Positions 1 through 8,554 of a stretch of 17,991 nt of DNA are shown here, piece after piece (the stretch's first letter is position 1; each line of letters opens with the position of its first letter). The DNA lies in contig JBBSVW010000008.1 of assembly GCA_038046605.1 (NCBI GenBank), forward strand, positions 1 through 17,991, given 5' to 3'. The notes beneath the pieces are model-generated. The model ran no database searches. It saw nothing but the letters and a program-made list of their open reading frames with translations, and was not told the origin of the DNA. The stretch is from Candidatus Micrarchaeota archaeon (GTDB lineage Archaea; Micrarchaeota; Micrarchaeia; Norongarragalinales; SBBD01). A program made the position numbers and the translations under genes.

Positions 1-2
1 AT

Positions 3-3000
3 TTGCTAAATGCCAGCGCAATTTGGGATGACATCGAAACCTCCATTAGGGCAAACACCAGCCAAATCAACATAACGGTATCGAGCAATCCCGTCATTTC
101 GATTTCTAATTTATACATTGTCGGCAACGCAACGCATGGGAACGTCACAACAATTGCGAACTTCACAATTAGCTCCATTGGAAATGACGCCCTTTACAAC
201 ATTTCCATTAATCTGACCGGCCTTGCGAATTTCACCATGGTTTTAAGCCCTTCGAGCATAGCAAATCTTTCGGCTGGCCTAAGCCAAACAATAATCATTA
301 ATGCAACAATCCCCTTTGCATACGATGCTGGGAGTTCAAATGGCTCGATAAACATATCCACTTCCAATGCGGGCGCTGCAAACATTTCCCTCCAGGTCGA
401 TGTGCTTGCGGATAGGGACTGGGAACTGGACCCGGCATTTTGCTCAAAAACCGAAAGCCCGGATGCCGGGGTTGTATGCGAAATAACCCTGAACAATACC
501 GGAAATGCGCCAATTAACTTTTCCATTTCGCCTACAACCGCCAACTTTTCAACGACTAATGCAACGAATTTCACAATTGCAAAGCAGGTGAATTTCACCT
601 TCAACATCACCTATAATGTTTCCGGCCAGCCCAAGATCACCTACAACACGACCTTCCTTGTGAATGCGACAATTCCCGGCTCGATGCCTGCCGGCCGCAC
701 AATCCAAGTTTCGCTTGTGCCCTTCAATTCACTGACCGTTGCCATGCTAATTGCGCCACTGATAATCCAAAACAGCCAGAACGTGACGATCAATGTGAAT
801 GTGACGGATGCAAATCTAATCGGCATAAAAAATGTCACGGCAAATATTACCCTTCCAAACGGAACATCGCTTCGGATCAATCTATCGCAAATAGGCATAA
901 TACTCAACGCCTCGGGCAACGTATCCCAATGGCGGGCGGTTTACCCGAATGTGACGGGAAGCACTGCGCTAATTGGGAATTATTCCGTTTTCATTACCGC
1001 ATTTGATAATATTGATGTGAACGGGACCGCCAACGGCTCGTTTTACGCATACCCACTCCCGCAAATAAATCTCCAAACCCTTTCAACCAGCTATTCCAAG
1101 GGCTCAACGGCATCAATTTATTTCCGGGCAAGGGATCAGGGCGGATCCCCGCTTAAGAATGCCAATGTGACTTTATGGGTCCGTGACAATTCCTCCGTCC
1201 TTGTTTTCAACGGCTCTTATATCACATCCGTTGCGGGAATAATCGAGCCCCTTCCGACGTTTTCCATCCCGGATGATGCGCCTGCGGGGTACTGGACGCT
1301 CTATTCGCAGATGGCCTATTTTGATTCAAACGCCTCCATCCAGGTAACTGATTTGAGCAATTCGACATTCCAAGTGATAAATGCGACAACAACAAACGTG
1401 TCGTTTTCGGGCCTTTTGACAAACTTCCAATCCGCGGACCTTTATTTTGGCGGTGATGCCGTGCAGTTTGCGATCTCTGTTTATGATGTGAACGGCGCCC
1501 CCCTGGATCCGGATTCCATGAATATTTCCGTGCTCTACCCCAACGAATCCTTATATCTGCAAATCAATTTCTCAAATATAAACAGGTCCGGCCAAGGCAC
1601 GTATTTCTATAAATTCACGGCTCCCGCGGGGGCCGTTTCGGGAGTTTATAGGGCCGAACTAAATGCCTCCAAGGGCGCCTTCTTTACCCGCAACGTTGCG
1701 CTCTTTAGGATCTCGAGCTCCCTTTTTGCCGATGTGGAAACATCCTTTGTTTGGTATCCGGCAAGCGTCATGACATTCCGGATGGTTGTTTATACCGGCG
1801 ATGGGATGCCAATTGATCCAACAAGCATGAACCTAACCGTAATCGACCCTGCCGGCAACACATATTTCACAACTGCGCTGTCGTCCATGACAAAACAATC
1901 GACTGGCTATTATATCTATAATTTTGCCATGGGCGCCAACACATCAACTGGAAACTATTACGCCCAGCTTTTTGCAAGCAAGGATTTAGCAACAACAGTC
2001 AAGCTAAAGCCCTTTAGGGTTTCGCAAGGGGGCCCATACGATATCCGGCTCGAACTTTTGGAATCAACAGTGTATCCGGGCGATTACCTGGATTTCAATG
2101 CCGTGATGGAAAACAAGGGCGAGGTCACGCAGGATGTGACGCTTGAATATTGGGTCACCGATAGCACGCAGACATGGTACTATGGCTCCGAGGCAATACT
2201 GACGCCCGCATTCCAAAACACTTCCGTTGTCAGGAGCGCCTATATTTTCACATCGCAGCCCGCCGGCACATATATCCTTCACGGCAGGGTTACATATGAT
2301 CTCATAAAGCCCCCAATTGATGTAAGCTACACCTTCGAAGTTGCGAAAAGGCCCTCATCAACTGCAACCCCAACAACCGGAGGCGCGGGCGCCGCGGCTA
2401 CGTCAATTCCAGGCCGGCCGGGCGTTGTCACAACGCAAACGCCAACCCCTCCGCCCTTCCAGGACTATTCCGGAATGCAAATAATCAGCTATCCCGAAGA
2501 GGTTGCAATTCAGGCCGGCGAAACAAAATACCCCAAAATCCAAATCAAGAATACGGGCCTAACCCCCCTCCACAATGTTACGGTTACCCTTGCGGGAATA
2601 CCCCTAAGCTGGCTTGAAGTGCTTCCATCGCGGGTAAATGCCCTAGCTCCTGGCGATACCGCAGCCTTCGTTTTGAAAATATCCGTTCCCGAAACAGAGC
2701 GCACTTCCATAAAAAGTGTCCGCGCGCTTGCGCTTTCTTCCGAGCGCAAAGAAGAGGTGCGCTTTGATGTTGCCATTTTTGAATCCAAGCTTGCGCTAAT
2801 CGAGCATCAGGTCCTAAAGTTAAAAGAACGCCTTGCCACCCTTGCCAAGGACACGCAGGAAGCGGAAAAGGTGGGCAAAAATGTTGCCGCTGTTTGGGAG
2901 ACCATTGATCAGGCGCAAAAATACGTTTCGCAGGCCGAATCCGAGCTCCGGAACGAACAGCTGGATGATGCCCTTAGCAATGCGCAGATCGCAGATACCC

Positions 3001-3392
3001 TGCTCTCCAAGGGCAAGGCGCAGCTTATTGCCGCCCCCTTCAATCCTGCCACCTACACCCAGCTTCCAAACTGGATTACCCTCGCAATTGGGATTGTGGG
3101 AACTGGCATGGGCATCATCGTATTCTTTTTTGTGAGGCGAAGGAAAAAAGATGCGCCGGCGGCGCCAAAAGAATCGGCCTCCGTGCTTGAAAAGGTCAGT
3201 TCGGTGATGGAAAAGAAGGATGCAGGCTCCCTGCAAAAGGAAAAGGGCAAAATAATGCGCGCGCTTCGGTTGCTGGAAGAGGAGCTTAATGACGGAACCA
3301 TTTCAAGCGAAGCTTACTCCGAACTAAAGCGCAGGTATGACCGCAAAATTGCGGAAATCGAGGGCAAGCTCACAAGGCTTGGAATCGCGTAA
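3..3392 (+). CDS. Large membrane-anchored cell-surface (S-layer-like/adhesin) glycoprotein, 5'-truncated: tandem beta-sandwich (Ig/MG2/CARDB-like) domains, Thr/Pro/Ala linker, coiled coil, one TM helix and a SHOCT-like cytoplasmic tail
   Basis: ORF is open from the window edge for 1129 codons. It has very many N-x-S/T sequons (NIT, NVT, NFT, NAT), beta-strand-rich sequence, the linker TATPTTGGAGAAATSIPGRPGVVTTQTPTPPP, the hydrophobic helix WITLAIGIVGTGMGIIVFFFV followed by RRRKK, and C-terminal LRLLEEELNDGTISSEAYSELKRRY. Confidence 0.8.
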   Translation: MLNASAIWDDIETSIRANTSQINITVSSNPVISISNLYIVGNATHGNVTTIANFTISSIGNDALYNISINLTGLANFTMVLSPSSIANLSAGLSQTIIINATIPFAYDAGSSNGSINISTSNAGAANISLQVDVLADRDWELDPAFCSKTESPDAGVVCEITLNNTGNAPINFSISPTTANFSTTNATNFTIAKQVNFTFNITYNVSGQPKITYNTTFLVNATIPGSMPAGRTIQVSLVPFNSLTVAMLIAPLIIQNSQNVTINVNVTDANLIGIKNVTANITLPNGTSLRINLSQIGIILNASGNVSQWRAVYPNVTGSTALIGNYSVFITAFDNIDVNGTANGSFYAYPLPQINLQTLSTSYSKGSTASIYFRARDQGGSPLKNANVTLWVRDNSSVLVFNGSYITSVAGIIEPLPTFSIPDDAPAGYWTLYSQMAYFDSNASIQVTDLSNSTFQVINATTTNVSFSGLLTNFQSADLYFGGDAVQFAISVYDVNGAPLDPDSMNISVLYPNESLYLQINFSNINRSGQGTYFYKFTAPAGAVSGVYRAELNASKGAFFTRNVALFRISSSLFADVETSFVWYPASVMTFRMVVYTGDGMPIDPTSMNLTVIDPAGNTYFTTALSSMTKQSTGYYIYNFAMGANTSTGNYYAQLFASKDLATTVKLKPFRVSQGGPYDIRLELLESTVYPGDYLDFNAVMENKGEVTQDVTLEYWVTDSTQTWYYGSEAILTPAFQNTSVVRSAYIFTSQPAGTYILHGRVTYDLIKPPIDVSYTFEVAKRPSSTATPTTGGAGAAATSIPGRPGVVTTQTPTPPPFQDYSGMQIISYPEEVAIQAGETKYPKIQIKNTGLTPLHNVTVTLAGIPLSWLEVLPSRVNALAPGDTAAFVLKISVPETERTSIKSVRALALSSERKEEVRFDVAIFESKLALIEHQVLKLKERLATLAKDTQEAEKVGKNVAAVWETIDQAQKYVSQAESELRNEQLDDALSNAQIADTLLSKGKAQLIAAPFNPATYTQLPNWITLAIGIVGTGMGIIVFFFVRRRKKDAPAAPKESASVLEKVSSVMEKKDAGSLQKEKGKIMRALRLLEEELNDGTISSEAYSELKRRYDRKIAEIEGKLTRLGIA
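1413..2024 (+). repeat. Tandem duplication of a ~103-aa beta-sandwich domain inside the surface protein
   Basis: Unit 1 ...F(AIS)VYDVNGAPLDPDSMNISVLYPNESLYL...GTYFYKF...SGVYRAELNASK...FRIS aligns with unit 2 ...F(RMV)VYTGDGMPIDPTSMNLTVIDPAGNTYF...GYYIYNF...TGNYYAQLFASK...FRVS. The FR codons start at 1704 and 2013, 309 nt apart. Confidence 0.75.
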
Positions 3393-3538
3393 TTGGATAA
3401 CTGGATCTAAAAGTCCGGATTCCATTTTGGAAATTCATCCATCCCCTTGCCGCTAAACTTTTTTTATTCCCAATCTAAAACCATTCCATTTTATACTTCT
3501 AGCCTCCATGCTATTTCATATTGTCCGAGTGGTAAAAG

Positions 3539-4345
3539 ATGTCTCGCATCATTTCCGTAGTTTCAGGAAAGGGGGGGGTAGGAAAGACCACGCTTGTTGT
3601 AAACACCGGCGTTGCACTTGCGCAGCTTTTTGGCAAGAAGGTTTCCGCAATTGACTGCAACCTTACCACCTCGCATTTGGGGATGGCACTTGGCATCCAT
3701 CACGCTCCCGTGAGTTTGAACAGCGTCCTTCGGGGCGAAGCGCCAATTGAAGAAGCGCTCTATTCGCATTCATCGGGCCTCCACATACTTCCAGCTTCCC
3801 TTAAGCTTTCGGACATGTCCGGAGTCGACCTGGTAAAGCTTAGGCCCCTAATCCGGTCCATGGCTGATCGCTACGATATCGTTTTGCTTGATGCCGGCCC
3901 TGGCCTTGGGAGGGAGGCCCTCTCTGCGCTCCATTCCTCCCAGGAGGTAGTTTTCGTTGCGACCCCAACCTTGCCTGCCGTTATGGATGTACTTCGCTAC
4001 ACCGAATTCCTTCGCGAAAAAGACAAGAAACATTTGGGAGTTGTGCTCAACATGGTTGCCCGCAATGAATCCCAAATGACCGCAGACCAGGTGGAAAAGA
4101 TGCTGGGCCTTCCGGTGATTACATCCATCCCAAGGGATTTAGCAATTCCGCGCGCGCAGGCAGCCGAGGTTCCCGCGATTTTGGCGTTCCCCGATTCGAA
4201 AGCTTCCAAAGAACTCGTGAATGTTGCAAGGCACATTCTTGGGATGCCAGTTTCGCGGGAAGTAAGGGTAAGCACGCTTGATTCCCTAAAAATGAAGGCA
4301 ACCGGGTTCATGGAAAAGCTCTCAAGGTTTCCATCCCTAGACTAA
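3539..4345 (+). CDS. minD: MinD/ParA-family ATPase (archaeal MinD-like) with putative C-terminal amphipathic membrane-targeting helix
   Basis: Deviant Walker A SGKGGVGKTT, Walker A' IDCNL, Walker B VLLDAGPG, GVVLN motif, C-terminal GFMEKLSRF. Confidence 0.88.
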   Translation: MSRIISVVSGKGGVGKTTLVVNTGVALAQLFGKKVSAIDCNLTTSHLGMALGIHHAPVSLNSVLRGEAPIEEALYSHSSGLHILPASLKLSDMSGVDLVKLRPLIRSMADRYDIVLLDAGPGLGREALSALHSSQEVVFVATPTLPAVMDVLRYTEFLREKDKKHLGVVLNMVARNESQMTADQVEKMLGLPVITSIPRDLAIPRAQAAEVPAILAFPDSKASKELVNVARHILGMPVSREVRVSTLDSLKMKATGFMEKLSRFPSLD

Positions 4346-4485
4346 AATGCAAAACATCTTGACGATGAATTCTAGCTTTGCCCAAATGAAGTGGGATTTT
4401 GTTGCCCCTTCAACTTTCCCTTATAGTTAATCTTATAAACAACCTTCCGAATAATTGGTTAGTTATTTCCTTCGAGGTAATCACT

Positions 4486-5040
4486 ATGTGGGAATGGATT
4501 TTGCTTGGCGTAATATTGGTTTTATTGGCATGGTTTGTCCTGACCTACAACTCGTTCATCACGATGCGAAACCGCATCGAGAACGCGTGGTCGCAAATCG
4601 ATGTGCAGCTCAAGAAAAGGTACGATTTGATCCCCAATTTGGTGGAAACCGTCAAGGGCTATGCCCGGTACGAAAAATCAGTCTTTGAGAATGTTACAAA
4701 GGCTCGCGCCATGACGGCAAATGCCGGCAACATTGCCGACAAGGCAAAAGCCGACAACATGCTTACCGGCGCTTTAAAATCGTTATTTGCGGTTGCCGAA
4801 AACTATCCCAACCTCAAGGCGAATGAGAATTTCATGCAATTGCAAGAGGAGCTATCCGGAATTGAGAGCAAGATCGCTTATGCAAGGCAGTTCTACAACG
4901 ATTCCGTTTTGGAGTTCAACACCGGAATACAAACCGTCCCTAGCAACATCGTTGCGGGTCTGGGCTCTTTCACAAAGCGCGATTACTTCAAGGTTGAGGA
5001 AGGGGAACGGGCGCCAGTCAAGGTTTCCTTTGACAAATAG
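4486..5040 (+). CDS. lemA: LemA family protein
   Basis: N-terminal TM ([19 protein letters not shown]) and LemA signatures [60 protein letters not shown]. Start moved to ATG 4486 because of SD GAGGTAA at 4474-4480. Confidence 0.95.
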   Translation: MWEWILLGVILVLLAWFVLTYNSFITMRNRIENAWSQIDVQLKKRYDLIPNLVETVKGYARYEKSVFENVTKARAMTANAGNIADKAKADNMLTGALKSLFAVAENYPNLKANENFMQLQEELSGIESKIAYARQFYNDSVLEFNTGIQTVPSNIVAGLGSFTKRDYFKVEEGERAPVKVSFDK

Positions 5041-5168
5041 CCCCAATCGTTCAAAAATGGCACTTTTACCTCTACTGCAAGGTTTTGCATATAAATCTAC
5101 GCTTTTTTGCCGCAAGCCATATATAGTTGAACAAGCTTAACCATTGCGCTAATTACGAGGGGATTTGC

Positions 5169-5549
5169 ATGATAGAATACCACATGGACTTACTTATTGC
5201 CTTTATCATGCGCGAGAAGCGCTTTTTGAAGAAGCGCGAGACCTCATTTACGGAAAAGCAGCTAAAGGAAGGGGAGGAATCCCTGAAGAAGTTCATCAAG
5301 GCCGTTGTCGCAAAGAAGTACGAGGAAGCGTTCCTCAAGGAGGCGGAAACAAACGAGGCAAAGGCGAAAAAGATCGTTAGGGACATAGCCCCAAAGGTTA
5401 GGGGCCTAGCCAAGAAGCAGGTATTGTTGCTTATCCAGAATTACGCCCTGATTTACGCGGTAATTGAAAAAAAGCACAAGGAACATAAGACGTTCGTGGA
5501 GGCGATGAAGGCAGACAAGTTCTATTCGCCAAGGAGGAAAGTATACTAG
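5169..5549 (+). CDS. Hypothetical Lys/Glu-rich helical protein (126 aa)
   Basis: ATG 5169 is preceded by GAGGGG. Codon style resembles the neighbouring genes. No recognisable motif. Confidence 0.65.
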   Translation: MIEYHMDLLIAFIMREKRFLKKRETSFTEKQLKEGEESLKKFIKAVVAKKYEEAFLKEAETNEAKAKKIVRDIAPKVRGLAKKQVLLLIQNYALIYAVIEKKHKEHKTFVEAMKADKFYSPRRKVY

Positions 5550-5657
5550 GATGCGTGCCGGCATTAAAGGGGGCTTTACATGAACGGAGGTCTTTCAATT
5601 TGAGCAAGTTCCCCATCCTGTTTCACTAACGCATTTATCCACCATGGTTTGATTGAT

Positions 5658-5987
5658 ATGGAAACCGTCTCATTTGAGGATTTTGCAAAGCTTAGCCTTA
5701 AGGTTGCCAAAATATTGGAGGCGCAACAAGTCGAAGGGTCAAGCAAGCTTCTAAAGCTCAAAATCCGCATCGGCACGGAGGAGCGCACGCTGGTCGCCGG
5801 AATCGCGGAGCAGTATGCGCAAGATGAGCTTCCTGGCAAGAAGATAATCGTGATTGCCAACCTCGAGCCAAAAAAGCTAAAGGGGATAGAATCACAAGGG
5901 ATGCTCCTTGCGGCGCAGGATGAATCGGGCGCCCTTTCATTGCTGACCATTGATCGCGACCTTCCCGAAGGCAGCGAAATCCATTAG
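5658..5987 (+). CDS. Stand-alone tRNA-binding OB-fold protein (Trbp111/CsaA/MetRS C-terminal domain family)
   Basis: VSFEDFAKLSLKVAKI, KLLKLKI, ERTLVAGIA, GKKIIVIANLEPKKLKGIESQGMLLAA and PEGSEIH match the family pattern. ATG 5658 chosen over TTG 5649. Confidence 0.92.
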   Translation: METVSFEDFAKLSLKVAKILEAQQVEGSSKLLKLKIRIGTEERTLVAGIAEQYAQDELPGKKIIVIANLEPKKLKGIESQGMLLAAQDESGALSLLTIDRDLPEGSEIH

Positions 5988-6143
5988 GCAATGTTGGAGT
6001 TGGCCGTGGATCTAATAGTTGACTTGCGTTGGATTTTTGGCCTTTACACTGCGCCTTCCAATATTACCTAGAAATTGGTAACTTCTCATATTTAAGTAAA
6101 TCTATTTATATCCCCCTCCCCTCAATCATATTTGCGGATTATC

Positions 6144-6821
6144 ATGCTAAGCAAAGCCATTTCCAGCCTCAGGGCGGGAAAATTCATTGTCCTATATGAT
6201 GGCGAGCGCCGCGAGGGGGAGGCCGACCTTGTGGTCCATGGCTCGTATGCCTTCCCAAAGGCGATTTTCCAACTGCGGGCGGATGCGGGGGGGCTGATTT
6301 GCTTTGCCACTAGCGGGGATATGATGAAGCGGATGGGGCTTTCCTATATGGCTAAAATCCTGCGATCCTCCGGTTCAACCCCGCTTCGAAAGCTTGCGAT
6401 ATCAAGGACCCCTTATGGCGATGAATCCGCATTTTCCATTTCCCTAAACCACCGCAAAACATTCACGGGCATCCCCGATTGCGATAGGTCCCTTACAATA
6501 ATTGAGCTTTCGAAAATGATTGCAAAAAACAACGGCATAGGCGGCGAACTGACAAAGAATTTTTATTCCCCCGGGCATGTGCCGCTCCTTTTTGCAAGGG
6601 ATATCAAGGAACGCAAAGGCCATACCGAATTGGCGGTTGAGCTTTGCAAAATGGCCAATTTGCCTGCGGCAGTTGTTGTTTGCGAAATGCTTGGCATTGG
6701 CAGGTCGGCAAGCAAGGGGGAAGCGAAAAAATATGCAAAAACCAAAGGACTTGCGTTCTTGGAGGGAAAAGACATATTGGGGGAGTTGGGCTTGATGGGG
6801 AAACGAATTCCAAGGAGTTGA
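6144..6821 (+). CDS. ribB: 3,4-dihydroxy-2-butanone 4-phosphate synthase, archaeal type
   Basis: YDGERREGEADLV, DAGGLIC, PYGDESAFSISLNHRKTFTGI, SPGHV, RKGHTE, VCEM. It has the archaeal-style insert between GLIC and FSI, like M. jannaschii MJ0055 as recalled. Confidence 0.95.
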   Translation: MLSKAISSLRAGKFIVLYDGERREGEADLVVHGSYAFPKAIFQLRADAGGLICFATSGDMMKRMGLSYMAKILRSSGSTPLRKLAISRTPYGDESAFSISLNHRKTFTGIPDCDRSLTIIELSKMIAKNNGIGGELTKNFYSPGHVPLLFARDIKERKGHTELAVELCKMANLPAAVVVCEMLGIGRSASKGEAKKYAKTKGLAFLEGKDILGELGLMGKRIPRS

Positions 6822-6868
6822 ACGCATGGCAGTTTTGCCGGCGATCCGCCCTTAATTGGTTAAATTTT

Positions 6869-7333
6869 ATGAAATACAAAATAGGGGTTGTGGACACCGC
6901 ATTTGCACGCGTGGATATGGCCAAATGCGCACTTGAGGAGCTTTCCAAAAAGAAAGATGTTGAAATCATCCGCAGGACCGTTCCTGGAATAAAGGACCTT
7001 GCGGTTGAGTGCAAGCGCGTTTTGAATGGCGGGGCGGACATTTGCATCGCACTTGGATGGGTTGGCGGCGCGGAAATTGATAGGCAGTGCGCGCATGAGG
7101 CCTCAATTGGAATACAGAATGCTAAATTAATGGCAGGAAAGCATATTCTCGAGGTCTTTGTTTTCGAATTTGAGGGCAAAACTCCTAATGAGCTATCCGC
7201 CATCGCGGAAAACCGCGCAAGGAAACATGCCATGAACGCTTACTTGATGGTTTCCGATCCCAAATCCCTTTCAAGGAATGCGGGAATGGGAATTAGGCAG
7301 GGAAAAGGCGATGTGGGTCCAATAAGAAAATAA
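6869..7333 (+). CDS. ribC: Riboflavin synthase, archaeal (pentameric, lumazine-synthase-paralog) type
   Basis: KIGVVDTAFARVDM, RRTVPGIKDL, CAHEASIG, KHILEVFV and AGMGIRQGKGDVGP are hallmarks of archaeal RibC. The true start is ATG 6869; the ORF-track extension overlaps ribB. Confidence 0.95.
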   Translation: MKYKIGVVDTAFARVDMAKCALEELSKKKDVEIIRRTVPGIKDLAVECKRVLNGGADICIALGWVGGAEIDRQCAHEASIGIQNAKLMAGKHILEVFVFEFEGKTPNELSAIAENRARKHAMNAYLMVSDPKSLSRNAGMGIRQGKGDVGPIRK

Positions 7334-7442
7334 TCGTGGAGGAAACTTGGCGGCAAAAGAATGTTTTGTTTAAGGGGATGTTCAATCCGGTTCCACTTCT
7401 CCCAATATTTATTTATTTGCTTATTATTGAGCTCTGGTTTTT

Positions 7443-7841
7443 ATGGTTAAAATCGCAATCGTTTATGCAAAATTCAACCCCGAAATCACATCAGTCATGG
7501 TGAGGGAAGCAATTGTGGAGGTTAAAGCCAATGGGGCAAAGGTTGGCGCAGTTGTAGGCGTGCCGGGCTGCTTTGAAATCCCGCTTGCATGCCAAAGGCT
7601 CCTGAAAAGGAAGGATGTTGATTGCGTTGTTGCACTTGGCGCAATCATTACCGGCGGAACTGGCCATGACGGACTTATTGCGGATGCAATCGCAGGTGAG
7701 CTGCTCGATATGGGCCTTGATTTCGATAAGCACGTTTCGCTTGGGATACTTGGCCCAAAAATCACCTTGAAGCAGGCAAAATCCAGGGCAAAGGGCTATG
7801 CCAAAAGGGCGGCAATAGCGGCAATAGCGATGTCGAAATAA
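7443..7841 (+). CDS. ribH: 6,7-dimethyl-8-ribityllumazine synthase, archaeal-like
   Basis: KIAIVYAKFN, VPGCFEIPL, DCVVALGAIITGGTGHD, VSLGILGP, YAKRA. Confidence 0.95.
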   Translation: MVKIAIVYAKFNPEITSVMVREAIVEVKANGAKVGAVVGVPGCFEIPLACQRLLKRKDVDCVVALGAIITGGTGHDGLIADAIAGELLDMGLDFDKHVSLGILGPKITLKQAKSRAKGYAKRAAIAAIAMSK

Positions 7842-7867
7842 GAATAAAACGAAAATTGATGGTAACT

Positions 7868-8458
7868 ATGGTAAAAGAAATCTCCCGGGCAAAATTGCCA
7901 ACTAAATTCGGTAATTTCACAGTCATTGCCTTCCAATGCGAGGCAGGTTCGCCTGAACATGCAGTCCTCCTTCATGGGGATGTAAATGGTAAAAGGGGGG
8001 TGCCAGTTAGGATCCACTCGGAGTGCCTTACTGGGGATGCCCTTGGCTCTTTAAAATGCGATTGCGGTGAGCAGCTTTCATTATCCTTAAAATTTATTCA
8101 ATCAAAGCCAAATGGAATCCTAATTTACCTTCGTCAGGAAGGGCGGGGCATAGGGTTTGCAAATAAGATAAAAGCGTATTCCCTCCAGGATGGGGGCCTT
8201 GATACGGTTGAGGCAAACGAGGAGCTTGGCTTTGCCAACGATACGCGCGACTACAAGGATGCGGCAACCATATTGAACTCATTAAAGGTAAAATCCATTT
8301 CCCTGCTTACGAACAATCCAAAAAAGATAAGCGGCCTTAAAACGCATGGAATTGTCATCCGGGATCGGGTTCCCCTCGAAACAAAGCCAAACAAATTCGA
8401 TCGGGGTTATCTCGAGGCAAAGAAAAAAAAGCTAGGCCATACGCTCGAATCGGTTTGA
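7868..8458 (+). CDS. ribA: GTP cyclohydrolase II, bacterial type (stand-alone)
   Basis: AKLPTKFGNF, Zn motif VRIHSECLTGDALGSLKCDCG, YLRQEGRGIG, LDTVEAN, LLTNNPKK, KLGH. An alternative start is ATG 7859. Confidence 0.95.
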   Translation: MVKEISRAKLPTKFGNFTVIAFQCEAGSPEHAVLLHGDVNGKRGVPVRIHSECLTGDALGSLKCDCGEQLSLSLKFIQSKPNGILIYLRQEGRGIGFANKIKAYSLQDGGLDTVEANEELGFANDTRDYKDAATILNSLKVKSISLLTNNPKKISGLKTHGIVIRDRVPLETKPNKFDRGYLEAKKKKLGHTLESV

Positions 8459-8554
8459 TTTTATTCCTGCCATGCCCAAATAATCCGCTAATTTTATGGG
8501 CTGGGTTGCAAATAGCAATTTTCATTATGCTCTTTTGAAAAACTGCGTGGTAAT

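Noticed and set aside
194-3301. Many antisense and alternate-frame ORFs over the surface protein (and similar ones over other genes)
   Set aside because: These are shadow ORFs of well-supported genes, with no motifs or initiation signals.
3571-3578. G8 run in minD as a phase-variation tract
   Set aside because: It is explained by Lys-Gly-Gly-Val codons of the Walker A motif, and the frame is intact.
4347-4430. 27-codon ORF between minD and lemA
   Set aside because: No SD, no distinctive composition, and it runs into the lemA promoter region.
5988-6143. Possible FMN riboswitch or leader peptide (ORF 5991-6071, MLELAVDLIVDLRWIFGLYTAPSNIT) upstream of ribB
   Set aside because: No RFN consensus elements are visible. 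The small ORF has no SD and ends before the likely ribB TATA box.
6644-6868. 75-aa N-terminal extension of RibC in the ORF track
   Set aside because: It overlaps ribB in another frame, and family similarity begins at MKYKIGVVD (6869).
7361-7503. Short hydrophobic ORFs between ribC and ribH
   Set aside because: The hydrophobicity comes from a T-rich promoter-like spacer, and both ORFs overlap the ribH start.
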